Notes: a model not told the origin generated them from the sequence alone. A stretch of 64,000 bases of DNA from Candidatus Doudnabacteria bacterium (GCA_963837465.1 CAWINB010000004.1:138853-202852), one strand, 5' to 3'. Positions 18,964 to 28,797 are shown, counted from the first letter of the stretch. Translations and numbers: made by a program.

Positions 18964-19629
18964 ATGCTTTACGTAGTAGCGACGCCAATTGGTAATTTAG
19001 AAGATATAACTTTAAGGGCAATAAGCTCCCTAAAAAGTTGTGATTTTGTAATTGCCGAAAATCCGCTTTATTCCAAAAGGCTGATGGAGCATATCGGGGC
19101 GTGGCCAAAAGAAATGGTGCAGTTTGCCGAATTTAACGAACAGCAAATTGTAAAAGATTTAACCAGGCGGCTGGCAAAATCCGACGGGTGTTTTATAACC
19201 AATGCCGGCACGCCCGGAATTTCCGATCCTGGTTTTCGCCTGGTAAGGGAGTGCGTAAAAGAAAATGTCGCTGTAGTCCCAATCCCCGGCGCCAGCGCCG
19301 CCATTGCCGCTCTTTCCGCTTCCGGATTGCCAACAGATAAATTTTTATTTTTGGGATTTTTACAAAAGACCGCGGCCAAAACCGTGAGCGCGCTGCAAAG
19401 CGCGGCGGACGCGGAAGCCACGGCAATTTTTTACGAATCACCGGAGCGGATTTTAAAAACTTTAAATTACATTAGCAACGCTTTTCCAACCAGCCAAATC
19501 GTCGCCGCCCGCGAACTAACCAAACTGCATGAAGAATTCATCCGCGGCACGCCAATGCAGGTAATAGACTCGCTTAAAGACAGGGCTTCTATAAAGGGCG
19601 AGTTTACTATACTAGTATCATTTAAATAA
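18964..19629 (+). CDS. rsmI: 16S rRNA C1402 2'-O-methyltransferase RsmI
   Basis: LYVVATPIGNLEDITLRA, AGTPGISDPG, RELTKLHEE. Confidence 0.95.
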   Translation: MLYVVATPIGNLEDITLRAISSLKSCDFVIAENPLYSKRLMEHIGAWPKEMVQFAEFNEQQIVKDLTRRLAKSDGCFITNAGTPGISDPGFRLVRECVKENVAVVPIPGASAAIAALSASGLPTDKFLFLGFLQKTAAKTVSALQSAADAEATAIFYESPERILKTLNYISNAFPTSQIVAARELTKLHEEFIRGTPMQVIDSLKDRASIKGEFTILVSFK

Positions 19630-19660
19630 TTGACCATAATTGTCAAAATTGACATAATTT

Positions 19661-20025
19661 ATGGACCACTTCGAGTTACAAAAACGAACCAAAATATTTG
19701 CAGTCAGAATAATTAAGTTAGTTAAGTCTCTACAAGGCGATCCTATTGGAAAAATTATCGGCAATTATCAATTACTCCGATCCGGAACAGCGATCGCCGC
19801 TAATTATAGGGCCGCTTGTAGATGCAAGTCGTCAAAGGATTTTGTATCTAAGATCGGTACTGTGGTAGAAGAGGCCGATGAAACCCAATTCTGGCTGGAA
19901 ATCTTAGTTGAGTCAGATGTAGTTAAAATTGATTTAATCAAAGATTTATTAAAAGAAGCTGGTGAAACACTGCGATAATGACTGCGTCCAAAGCGACAGC
20001 AGTAAAAAATTTGGGCAGAAAATAA
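19661..20025 (+). pseudogene. Four-helix-bundle (23S rRNA IVP/bAvd-like) protein, frameshifted near C-terminus
   Basis: QLLRSGTAIAANYRAA..EEADETQFWLE; tail TAIMTASKATAVKNLGRK* lies in a shifted frame. Confidence 0.8.
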
Positions 20026-20068
20026 TTATGTCATTTTTGTCAATTTTTTAAATTTTGTTCAATATTTT

Positions 20069-20785
20069 ATGTCCGGGCATTCCAAATGGTCACAAATTAA
20101 AAGAACCAAGGGCGTCCTTGACCAGAAACGGGGACTTTTGTTTTCCAAATTGGGCAAAAAAATTTCCATTGCCGTTAAAGAAGGCGGCAGTGGGGATCCG
20201 GCTGCTAATTTTAAATTAAAAAGCGCGGTTGAGTATGCCAAGGCCCAGGGTATGCCCAATGATAATATAGACAGGGCCATAAAAGCCGGGAGCGGGGAAG
20301 CCGCGGGTAATATTAAAGAGGTTATTTACGAAGGCTACGGCCCGTTTGGCACGGCATTTTTGGTGGAAGCCGCGACAGATAACAGCAACCGGACTTTTAA
20401 CAACATCCGCAAAATTTTTAACGAGCATAACGGCAGTATTGGCGCGCGGGGCAGCGTAGCCTGGCAGTTTAATACTAAAGGCCAAATTTTGGTGGAGCGG
20501 GACAGTAACATCGAAAATTTAGAAATGGCGGCGATTGACGCGGGCGCCCAAGATGTTCGCGAGTCAGCGGAGGGTTTGGAAGTTTATACCCAAGCCCAGG
20601 ATTTACAAAAAATAAAAGAAGCTCTGGCAAAAGCCGGCGCCAAAATCGCGCAGGCGGACATTATTAAAGAATCATCACAAGGTACGGATTTGGCCGAACG
20701 GCAAAAACCGAAAGTTGAGGCTTTGTTCGCGGCGCTTGAGAACGATGAAGACGTTATCGCGGTTCACACATCAGCAAATCTTTAA
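20069..20785 (+). CDS. yebC: YebC/PmpR family protein
   Basis: MSGHSKWSQIKR, YEGYGP.G, TDNSNRT. Confidence 0.97.
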   Translation: MSGHSKWSQIKRTKGVLDQKRGLLFSKLGKKISIAVKEGGSGDPAANFKLKSAVEYAKAQGMPNDNIDRAIKAGSGEAAGNIKEVIYEGYGPFGTAFLVEAATDNSNRTFNNIRKIFNEHNGSIGARGSVAWQFNTKGQILVERDSNIENLEMAAIDAGAQDVRESAEGLEVYTQAQDLQKIKEALAKAGAKIAQADIIKESSQGTDLAERQKPKVEALFAALENDEDVIAVHTSANL

Positions 20786-20805
20786 CCGAATCAGCTTCAG
20801 AGAAC

Positions 20806-20877
20806 CATTCCGAAGCGAAGCTGGGGAATCCCTTACAATCGCGGGATGTTTCCATAAGGGATCCCTCGGATGCGCTC
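20806..20877. repeat. Decayed REP-like element
   Basis: cattccgaagcgaagctggggaatccc...gggatccctcggatgcgctc, related to 26271-26349. Confidence 0.5.
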
Positions 20878-20892
20878 AAAACAAAGCAAGCC

Positions 20893-21381
20893 ATGATTAT
20901 CTTAGGAATTGACCCGGGCACAGCCACAACCGGATTCGGCGTTATAAATCAAAATAAAAGCCAGCCCGAGCTGGTCGATTTTGGCGTCGTAGCTACTGAT
21001 AAAACCCTTAGCGACGCGGAACGTCTGGGAATTTTAGCCGATGATTTAACATCAATAATAAAAAAATTCAAGCCCGAAGCCGTGGGCGTGGAAAAACTTT
21101 TTTTAACCACCAACCAAAAAACCGTAATGACGGTCAGCCAGGCGCGCGGCGTAGTTTTGCTGACCTGCCAAAAGCACAAACTCCGCGTTTTTGAATTCAC
21201 GCCTCTGCAAATCAAAAATTTTATCTGCGGCTACGGCAAAGCCGAAAAAAAACAGATACAGTACATGGTGCAAAAAACTTTTAAATTAAAAACCCCGCCC
21301 AAACCCGACGACGCGGCCGACGCCCTGGCCATTGCCCTGTGCGCCGGGCACCATTTTTTTAAAGCCAGCCGTATTAAGTAA
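20893..21381 (+). CDS. ruvC: Holliday junction resolvase RuvC
   Basis: ILGIDPG, GYGKAEKKQ, PDDAADALAIA. Confidence 0.97.
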   Translation: MIILGIDPGTATTGFGVINQNKSQPELVDFGVVATDKTLSDAERLGILADDLTSIIKKFKPEAVGVEKLFLTTNQKTVMTVSQARGVVLLTCQKHKLRVFEFTPLQIKNFICGYGKAEKKQIQYMVQKTFKLKTPPKPDDAADALAIALCAGHHFFKASRIK

Positions 21382-21513
21382 CAAACCGAGAGCGGTTACT
21401 TTATCCACAACCGCACAAAACTGGACAAATTTAATTAATAGTTGTTATAATGCTCTTAAATAAGAGCTTTAATTATTACTCCTTGGGAGGGTTCCTAAGG
21501 GAAAGGGACAACA

Positions 21514-21618
21514 ATGCTTTTTGACGACGAAGACCCAGCAGTCAAAAAAGACGGCGGCACAGACGAAGAAGACAAGGATGAAGCTGATGACGAAGACGAT
21601 GACGATACCGATAAATAA
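21514..21618 (+). CDS. 34-aa hyperacidic microprotein
   Basis: MLFDDEDPAVKKDGGTDEEDKDEADDEDDDDTDK; upstream TATAAT, SD-like aaaggga, terminator 21640-21679. Confidence 0.6.
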   Translation: MLFDDEDPAVKKDGGTDEEDKDEADDEDDDDTDK

Positions 21619-21710
21619 ACTCGGCGCGTACTCTATCGTAAACTAAAACCCCTCCATACATAAAGGAGGGGTTTTAGTTACTTAAGAGACACTTCATCGC
21701 GTTTCTAAGC

Positions 21711-21765
21711 GTAGGGGCCGAGATTGCTCGCCCGCGACTCCCGGGCGGCCAAAGCCAGCCCCTAC
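21711..21765. repeat. GTAG-type REP/REPIN-like element
   Basis: gtaggggc...gcccctac ends. Confidence 0.6.
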
Positions 21766-21787
21766 AAAAGCCTCTTGATATGCCCGG

Positions 21788-22978
21788 TTATATTAATTTA
21801 GCCAGTTTTCTTTTTCCTACCTGAACTATACTTATTTGTTTTAAGTCAACCGGGCTATTTCTTTCCGTTATTTTTTTACCATCAATTTTAACCCCGCCCT
21901 GTTCAATATTTCTCCTGGCTTCGTTTTTACTGGACACCAGCTCCAAAGCAAGCAATAAATCTTCGGTAGTCTCGGCGCTGATTTTTGTCCTGGAAACTTC
22001 TTTAATACCTTCCGGCAGTTCGCCCTTGCTGAATTGGTTGATAAAAGACTGCTTGGCTTCCAGGGCTTTTTTGGGTCCATTATAAAGCTCGGTAATTTTT
22101 TCCGCCAAAATAAGTTTTTGATCGCGGGGATTCGGCAATTTCAGAATTTCCTCAATTTCACTAATTTCCACTCTCGTTGCCAAAACAAAATATTTTTTTA
22201 TTAAATCGTCACGTATAGACATTATTTTACCAAACATATCGTTGGGCTCATCACGCAAGCCAATGTAATTCCCCAAACTCTTACTCATTTTTTCTTTGCC
22301 ATCAAGGCCAATAAGAATAGGCACGAGCATAATATCCTGCGGAGGTTGGCCAAAGGCTTTTTGTAAATGCCGACCCATTAATACATTAAATTTTTGAGCC
22401 GGATCTCCTAATTCCAGATTCGATTTCACTGCCACAGAATCATAACCCTGCAATAAAGGATACAAGGCTTCGTGAAGCGCGAAGGGCAATTGTTCTTTTA
22501 TGCGTTTGCGAAAAGTTTCATGGGATAATAACTCACCCATAGAAACCAGTGAAGCTAATTTCATGATTTCAGACAACCCCATTTTTTCAAACCATTCACT
22601 CTGAAAATGAACTTCGGTACGCTTTGGATCCAAAATTAAATTTGCCTGTTTTACAAACTCTTTACTGTTTGCGTCAACTTGCTTGCGGCTTAAAGCCGGG
22701 CGAGTTTCGTCCTTGCCCGAAGGATCCCCAATCATTGCTGTCCAATCACCAATAATGAGCACGGCAGTGTGACCCAATGCTTGAAATTCTTTTAACTTTA
22801 AAAGGGGTACGGCATGGCCAATATGCAAGTCGGGGCGATTTGGATCAATTCCTAATTTTACGCGTAATTTTTTTTTGCCGTTTAAAGCCTGTTCTAAGTG
22901 GGCTTTATCTATAACTTCCTCAACGCCGCGGCTGAGAAGTTCGGTTATGGAATCGATGGATAAATTTTTCAGAGCCAT
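21788..22978 (-). CDS. tyrS: Tyrosine--tRNA ligase
   Basis: HIGH, KMSKS, YPLLQGYD, S4-like C-terminus. Confidence 0.97.
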   Translation of the reverse strand: MALKNLSIDSITELLSRGVEEVIDKAHLEQALNGKKKLRVKLGIDPNRPDLHIGHAVPLLKLKEFQALGHTAVLIIGDWTAMIGDPSGKDETRPALSRKQVDANSKEFVKQANLILDPKRTEVHFQSEWFEKMGLSEIMKLASLVSMGELLSHETFRKRIKEQLPFALHEALYPLLQGYDSVAVKSNLELGDPAQKFNVLMGRHLQKAFGQPPQDIMLVPILIGLDGKEKMSKSLGNYIGLRDEPNDMFGKIMSIRDDLIKKYFVLATRVEISEIEEILKLPNPRDQKLILAEKITELYNGPKKALEAKQSFINQFSKGELPEGIKEVSRTKISAETTEDLLLALELVSSKNEARRNIEQGGVKIDGKKITERNSPVDLKQISIVQVGKRKLAKLI

Positions 22979-23001
22979 AAATAACAGCGGATTATAATAT
23001 G

Positions 23002-23298
23002 ATAGCTTGGTTGGTTAATAATTTTTCGCCCAAAATACGCTCTTTGGCCAAACCCTTGCTAAAAATTTTTCCGCTTAGCTTTAGTTAAACATCAAAATTT
23101 TTCAACCACTGTGCACTGGAAGCGCGCAGACTGCTCGCCGACTGGAAGTCGAGAACAGCGGAGGAATTATCTATTAATTTTTACTGAAGTGACCGCCTGA
23201 AGGCGTGGGAACTCACCGCCCCAAATGGAGGCCTTAGACCGCGGTTTTGTCTCAAATATCATATTTTGCATCAAAAAATTATTAACCAACCAAGCTAT
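23002..23298. mobile_element. Family A element (inverted) carrying ~135-bp GC-rich insert
   Basis: 23-bp terminal IR atagcttggttggttaataattt; family core on minus strand at ~23061-23101. Confidence 0.65.
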
Positions 23299-23369
23299 GC
23301 CATTATAGCATTTTTCTTAAATCATAAAAACGGCTATAATTCATCGCAGGTAGATGCTTAACCAAAACC

Positions 23370-26228
23370 ATGCGCGTATACAGTTACAAAACCCCGCAAG
23401 TTGAATCCTCGTCAAAAAGTCCCAAAAAGAAATCCGGGCGGAAACTCAGTTTTAAGTTCGGCAAATTTACCTGGAAGAAATTTTTTACCTGGATATTCCG
23501 CCTGTTCGCCCTGGGCATTGTGCTGGTCGCAGTGCTGTTTTTGTATTACTCCAGGAACCTGCCCGACCCCGACAAACTGCTGACCAGGGACGTGCCGGAG
23601 TCCACCAAAATTTACGCGCGCGACGGCAGCCTGCTTTACGAAATCCACGGCGAATACAAACGCACCGAGATTAACCTAAACCAGGTGCCGCTGCTGGCCC
23701 AGGAAGCGACCATCGCGGTGGAAGACAAAAATTTTTATAAGGAAGGCGGCATTTCTCCCACCGGAATAGTCAGGGCCGCGCTGGCCGATATTTTAAGCCT
23801 GCACAAAAGCGAGGGCGCCAGTACCATTACCCAGCAATTTGTTAAAAACGCGATTTTAACCGACAATAAATCCTGGGACCGCAAAATCCGCGAAGCCATT
23901 TTAGCCATAGCCATAGACGCGCGTTTTTCCAAAAGCCAAATACTGCAGCTGTATTTAAACGAAATCCCTTACGGCCGTAACGCTTACGGCATTGAGGCGG
24001 CGGCTGAAACTTATTTTAATATTCCAGCCGGCAGTCTGGACTTGGCGCAGAGCGCTTACCTCTCGGCCTTAATCCAGGCGCCGACTTTTTACAGTCCTAC
24101 CGGACCCAACCGCGCGGCCCTGGACCAAAGAAAAAATACGGTGCTGGCTTTAATGCGGCAGCAAGGCTACATCACCGCTCTGCAGGAAAAGCAGGCGGCA
24201 AACGAAACTGTAACTTTTTCGGATATCACCAACGGGATTAAAGCCCCGCACTTTGTGCTGTGGGTGGAAAGCTACCTGGCTGCCAAATACGGCGAAGTAA
24301 CTTTGGAGCAGGGCGGTTTGCAGGTCTACACCACGCTCGACCCAAGGCTTCAGACAATTGCCGAAACTGTAGTTAAGGCGGATGTAGCCAAGGAAACAAA
24401 ATATAATGTCGGGAACGCGGCCCTGGTAGCCATAGACCCCAAAACCGGACAGGTGCTGGCCATGGTCGGCAGCAAAGATTACTTTGGCACACCCGAACCC
24501 GCCGGCTGCGTCCCGGGGAAAAATTGCGCCTTTGAACCCGATGTCAACGTCGCCCTTGCCCAGCGCCAGCCAGGATCCAGCTTTAAGCCTTACGTTTACG
24601 CCACCGCTTTTAAAAAAGGCTTTGGTTACGCTCCGGCTTCCATGCTCATGGACGTGGTCACGGATTTTGGCACCTACAACGGCAAAGATTACATTCCCCA
24701 CAATTACAGCGATGAAAGTTACGGGCCGGTCTCCATGCGGCAGGCTTTGGCCGGCAGTTTAAACGTACCCGCGGTTAAAACTCTGGCCTTGGTAGGCGTG
24801 GATAACGCGGTGCAGACAGCGCACGATTTGGGTATTACCAGTCCGCTGCAGGATTGCGGTTTGTCATTGGTTTTAGGCGGCTGCGAAGTGGATTTGCTGG
24901 ACCACGTAGCGGCTTACTCGGTCATTGCCAATGAAGGCGTCAAGAACCCTGAAACCGCGATTTTAAAAATTCTGGATAAAAACGGCAACGTCCTGGAACA
25001 ATACCAGCCCAATCCCCAGGAAGTTCTGGACCCGCAGGATGCCTACGAAATAATCAGCATCCTGACCGACAACAACGCCCGCGCCTTCGTGTTTGGCGCC
25101 AATTCCGCCATGTACATACCAGGCCGTACGGTGGCCGCCAAAACCGGCACCACCCAGAATTTCCGCGACGGCTGGACTTTGGGCTTTACCCCGTCGCTGG
25201 CCGCCGGAGTCTGGGCCGGCAACAACGATGGCGAATTGCTTAAGTCTGGATCCGACGGCGTAGTGGTGGCCGCGCCTATCTGGAAAGATTTTATGGAGCA
25301 GGCTCTGGCCAGCACCACGCCGGAAACTTTTGCCGTACCCCCAGGCATCCAGCAGGTTGTGGTGGATAGCGTTTCCGGCAAATTGCCGACCGACGCCACC
25401 CCCCAGACCAAAACCGAAACCTTTGCCGACTATTCCGTACCCACGGATTTTGACAACGTCCACCAAAAAATCGCTTTTGATGCCACCACCAATCTTCCGG
25501 CCACCAGCCTGACGCCTCCGGCCGACATCACCTATAAACTCTACACGGTGCTGCGCAGCGAAATGCCGAACAATCCCAACTGGGAAGACCCGGTGGAAGC
25601 CTGGGCTTTGGCGCACGGCTACAGTTACCCGCCCGGGGGGGCCGAAGTGGCGCAGCAAACTCCAGGCAACGGCCAGAGCGTTGCCGTGAACATTCTGGAC
25701 CCGTCCGACGGCGAAACAATTTCCCAGGTGCCTTTTGATGTTACGGTAAGCGCGGCCTTCGCCAGCGGCATTGCCCGCGTGGATTTGTCCATAGACGGCC
25801 AATACTACCAAAGCGAAACCTCGGAGCCGTTTGTGTTTACCGTCAACACACCTTTGGACAATGGTCCGCATACGTTGGCCGCGCACGCCGTGGACAACAG
25901 CGGGGCAACAGCCGACACCAGCGCCGGCATTACATTGGATACTGATTCGCCGCTGGTTTTAACCAGTCCGCCGGGCCAGAGCCTACTGCAGTTTCCCGCG
26001 ACTTTAATTGCCGAAGATGAAAAATATTTCAACGCGGTCAATTTTTATTATGAAACGCCGGGAGGTACTCCAACCCTAATCGGCCCGGCCAGCAATATTA
26101 ACCACAGCGAAAACGACTATAATTACAGCTTAACCTGGCAAACTCCGCCGCCTTCCGGCACCTACCAAATTTACGCCCAAAGCGACACGGGAGTTGCCAG
26201 CGTAAAAGTTCAGGTCAGCGTACCGTAA
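23370..26228 (+). CDS. Class A penicillin-binding protein with C-terminal Ig-like domains
   Basis: EDKNFY, GASTITQQ, QPGSSFKP (SxxK), SLN, KTGT. Confidence 0.95.
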   Translation: MRVYSYKTPQVESSSKSPKKKSGRKLSFKFGKFTWKKFFTWIFRLFALGIVLVAVLFLYYSRNLPDPDKLLTRDVPESTKIYARDGSLLYEIHGEYKRTEINLNQVPLLAQEATIAVEDKNFYKEGGISPTGIVRAALADILSLHKSEGASTITQQFVKNAILTDNKSWDRKIREAILAIAIDARFSKSQILQLYLNEIPYGRNAYGIEAAAETYFNIPAGSLDLAQSAYLSALIQAPTFYSPTGPNRAALDQRKNTVLALMRQQGYITALQEKQAANETVTFSDITNGIKAPHFVLWVESYLAAKYGEVTLEQGGLQVYTTLDPRLQTIAETVVKADVAKETKYNVGNAALVAIDPKTGQVLAMVGSKDYFGTPEPAGCVPGKNCAFEPDVNVALAQRQPGSSFKPYVYATAFKKGFGYAPASMLMDVVTDFGTYNGKDYIPHNYSDESYGPVSMRQALAGSLNVPAVKTLALVGVDNAVQTAHDLGITSPLQDCGLSLVLGGCEVDLLDHVAAYSVIANEGVKNPETAILKILDKNGNVLEQYQPNPQEVLDPQDAYEIISILTDNNARAFVFGANSAMYIPGRTVAAKTGTTQNFRDGWTLGFTPSLAAGVWAGNNDGELLKSGSDGVVVAAPIWKDFMEQALASTTPETFAVPPGIQQVVVDSVSGKLPTDATPQTKTETFADYSVPTDFDNVHQKIAFDATTNLPATSLTPPADITYKLYTVLRSEMPNNPNWEDPVEAWALAHGYSYPPGGAEVAQQTPGNGQSVAVNILDPSDGETISQVPFDVTVSAAFASGIARVDLSIDGQYYQSETSEPFVFTVNTPLDNGPHTLAAHAVDNSGATADTSAGITLDTDSPLVLTSPPGQSLLQFPATLIAEDEKYFNAVNFYYETPGGTPTLIGPASNINHSENDYNYSLTWQTPPPSGTYQIYAQSDTGVASVKVQVSVP

Positions 26229-26270
26229 GGACTAATGACAAAAACGGCAATCTTTTAAATTTATCATAGT

Positions 26271-26349
26271 TGTCATCCCGAGTGCATCCGACTTGTCCGC
26301 CGTAGCCTTGGCGAAGGCAGAGGGATCCCTCGCTTCGTTTGGGACGGCA
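26271..26349. repeat. REP-like element (gtcatcccgag...) with nested ccgccgtagccttggcgaagg unit
   Basis: Outer IR tgtcatccc/gggacggca; nested unit at 26292-26320. Confidence 0.7.
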
Positions 26350-26403
26350 TTAATGCCGTTTTTGTCAATTTTGTCATTTTTTTAATTTTTGTCATTACTA
26401 TTT

Positions 26404-27609
26404 ATGGATTACCTCCTGCTTCTAACCTTCATCCTTGCCCCGGCCTACGTTATCAGGTTCAATTTCCTGGGTTTTCCCACGGATGTTTTGATGATGTGGA
26501 TATTTTTTGTCTGGTTGGTTTTCTACGGCTGGCTTATTGCGAAAAAAAGATTGGGTGAATTTTTCCGCTTTAAGGAACTTTTGGACCGGAAAGTTTCCGT
26601 CTGGGTCGGCTTATTTTTCCTGTCCGGGATTATTGCGTTACTGGTTGAACATCCAAACAGAGCCAACCTTGGCCAATTCATAGTTTTGTTCTTACAACCA
26701 ATCAGCCTGTTTTTTATCGCGGGTTTTATATTTAAGCAAAGCCCCAAAACCAAGTCCTGGCTACTTGCTACCAGCTACTCGCTACTGGCAATATCCGGTC
26801 TATACGCCATACTCCAGTACTTTACCCTAATCGGGCTGCCCGTAGCCTGGTGGGGCAACAGCGTAGAGCCCAAGCGGGCTTTGGCGTTTTTTGTCCATCC
26901 AAATTTTTACGCGCTATGGTGCGCGCCTTTGCTGGCTCTGCTACTACCGGACATAGGAACCAAGATCAAATCGTGGTCAGCCGTAAATCGTAAATCGTTA
27001 ATGGTTAATCGTTCCTCAGCCCTGGCCTGGCTGCTTGGAGCCATCGGATTATTGCTTTCTTTGTCCCGCTCCGGCTGGCTGGGCTTGTCCGCCGCTATTG
27101 TTGTCTACGTAATAATAGCCGCCGACGCCAAAGTCCGTAAAATTATTTTTGCGCTTGCCGTTGCCGCGGTTTTAATAGTAGCCGCCGTCCCCAACCTGCG
27201 CTGGCGGGTGTTGCTGCCGTTTTACGGGGAAAAGTCAGCCGACTCCAGAATTGAACTGTGGGACGATGGCTTTAAAGGCATAAAACAGTCGCCAATTTTT
27301 GGCATAGGACTCACCGGTTTTGCAAAAGAATACGCCACAATTAATATCGACCCCACTTTAGACCCACACAATTTTCCGCACAACATCTTTTTGGATTTCT
27401 GGGTGGAAACCGGACTGCTTGGCTTAATCAGTTTTGTAGGCCTAGCCTCCCTATTTATTTACCGCGGCCTAAAAAACCGCGGCAATCTCTTTGCCCTTGC
27501 CGTCTCCCTATTCCTAATAGCCCTACTAGCCCAAGGCCAAGTCGACAACCCCTACTTTAAAAACGATTTGGCTTTGGTGTTTTGGATGGTGCTGGCTTTA
27601 GTAATATAA
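26404..27609 (+). CDS. O-antigen ligase (Wzy_C) family membrane protein
   Basis: Multi-TM; HPNFYA, SLSRSGWL, PHNIFLDFWVETGLLG. Confidence 0.9.
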   Translation: MDYLLLLTFILAPAYVIRFNFLGFPTDVLMMWIFFVWLVFYGWLIAKKRLGEFFRFKELLDRKVSVWVGLFFLSGIIALLVEHPNRANLGQFIVLFLQPISLFFIAGFIFKQSPKTKSWLLATSYSLLAISGLYAILQYFTLIGLPVAWWGNSVEPKRALAFFVHPNFYALWCAPLLALLLPDIGTKIKSWSAVNRKSLMVNRSSALAWLLGAIGLLLSLSRSGWLGLSAAIVVYVIIAADAKVRKIIFALAVAAVLIVAAVPNLRWRVLLPFYGEKSADSRIELWDDGFKGIKQSPIFGIGLTGFAKEYATINIDPTLDPHNFPHNIFLDFWVETGLLGLISFVGLASLFIYRGLKNRGNLFALAVSLFLIALLAQGQVDNPYFKNDLALVFWMVLALVI

Positions 27610-27627
27610 TTATGCTATCATAAATTT

Positions 27628-27780
27628 ATGAATCAAAAGCCTCAAGAAAAATCCAATAAAATTAACTTTGAAAAGCTAAGAAAGTTGGCAAAAAAGATTC
27701 GGCAGCAAACGCAAGCAGAAGCAGTCAAATATCCCCAGCAAGAACAGTCCTTAATTTATGGAAACGGCTCTCAAAGATAA
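27628..27780 (+). CDS. 50-aa putative antitoxin
   Basis: Small ORF overlapping start of PIN gene. Confidence 0.5.
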   Translation: MNQKPQEKSNKINFEKLRKLAKKIRQQTQAEAVKYPQQEQSLIYGNGSQR

Positions 27781-28276
27781 AATAGCCAATAAGTTCGTAT
27801 TACTTGATACGGGCGTAATTATTCGCGCATTTGAACACTTCGACAACTTCGAAGCGTTTTTTAAAATGCTGGAAGGTGCCAATTGTAAAAATGTTTATTT
27901 TCCCTTTGTTGAATTTGAATTTTTAAGAGGGGCTTATGAACCATCCCACAAAGTTGATCGTGAGGATTTCTTAAAAGAAATTTCAGGCATTAACTTAAAC
28001 GCTCCAACTCAGGCAATTATCAAAGACGCAATTGCCATAGCGAACTGTTATTCAGCCCGAAAGCATCACTCCGCGTCTTTAACTGACTGCTCAATAGCGG
28101 CCTATTTAAAATCTTATCCGCAAAACCTCTTTCTCGTAACTCTCAACCACAAAGACTTTCCCACCTATCTTTTTGACCGTGTAGGAATTTTTCCAATAGA
28201 CGCCCAAGTCGATATTTTTACCTTGGCCTTTTATACTTACAATAAAACAAAAGCTGAAAAGATTAATTTGAAATAA
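27758..28276 (+). CDS. PIN-domain protein
   Basis: LLDTGVII, E.EFLRG, SLTDCSIAA, TLNHKDF. Confidence 0.85.
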   Translation: METALKDKIANKFVLLDTGVIIRAFEHFDNFEAFFKMLEGANCKNVYFPFVEFEFLRGAYEPSHKVDREDFLKEISGINLNAPTQAIIKDAIAIANCYSARKHHSASLTDCSIAAYLKSYPQNLFLVTLNHKDFPTYLFDRVGIFPIDAQVDIFTLAFYTYNKTKAEKINLK

Positions 28277-28351
28277 GGACTAAAAAATCCTGGTATATTT
28301 TCTCTGTAAAGACAGGGCGGACCGCATAAACGGTCCGCCCTTTTTGCCGCA

Positions 28352-28645
28352 TCAAGTCGCCAGTTTGTGCGGGCGATGCAGGGGAGTCAAGTCCCAGACT
28401 GTACCATCGCCGACCCATTCATGGAACATCCCGGGCGGGACAATCCATAAAATAAGCCTGCGATCATCCACAGCTTCAATCGTTTGGCCTGCCTCAGAGC
28501 GCAAATTGAGCGCCTTTGTCAGGTAAAGCGAAAAGAAACTGTGCTTGTGACCGATTGTGGCCTTCGCTATATCTGTCTTACGATAAGCAAACGTAGACAG
28601 AAAGCGAGCAACCACATCGGACAAGACAAACTGCCGAAGTTGCAT
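28352..28645 (-). CDS. Hypothetical protein, possibly cupin-like (orphan)
   Basis: SD aaggaggtg; promoter TTGGCA-17-TATAAT; IVPPGMFHEW motif. Confidence 0.65.
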   Translation of the reverse strand: MQLRQFVLSDVVARFLSTFAYRKTDIAKATIGHKHSFFSLYLTKALNLRSEAGQTIEAVDDRRLILWIVPPGMFHEWVGDGTVWDLTPLHRPHKLAT

Positions 28646-28797
28646 CTTTTTTCACCTCCTTCTATTGATTCTAAAATTATATACAGACAATTGTATTATG
28701 CCAATAACTTTGGCTAAATTTTTTGACATATTTGACAAAAAACCTCTAAATAAACTACCATAAGCCTATAATAAACCGCCAAAAAATACGTCATATT

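Noticed and set aside
19661-20025. Diversity-generating retroelement (Avd-like gene)
   Set aside because: No reverse transcriptase and no TR/VR repeat pair seen in the window.
23002-23298. T-box riboswitch upstream of tyrS
   Set aside because: No UGGNACC T-box motif on the minus strand. A TATAAT at ~22991-22996 puts the tyrS start site downstream of the element.
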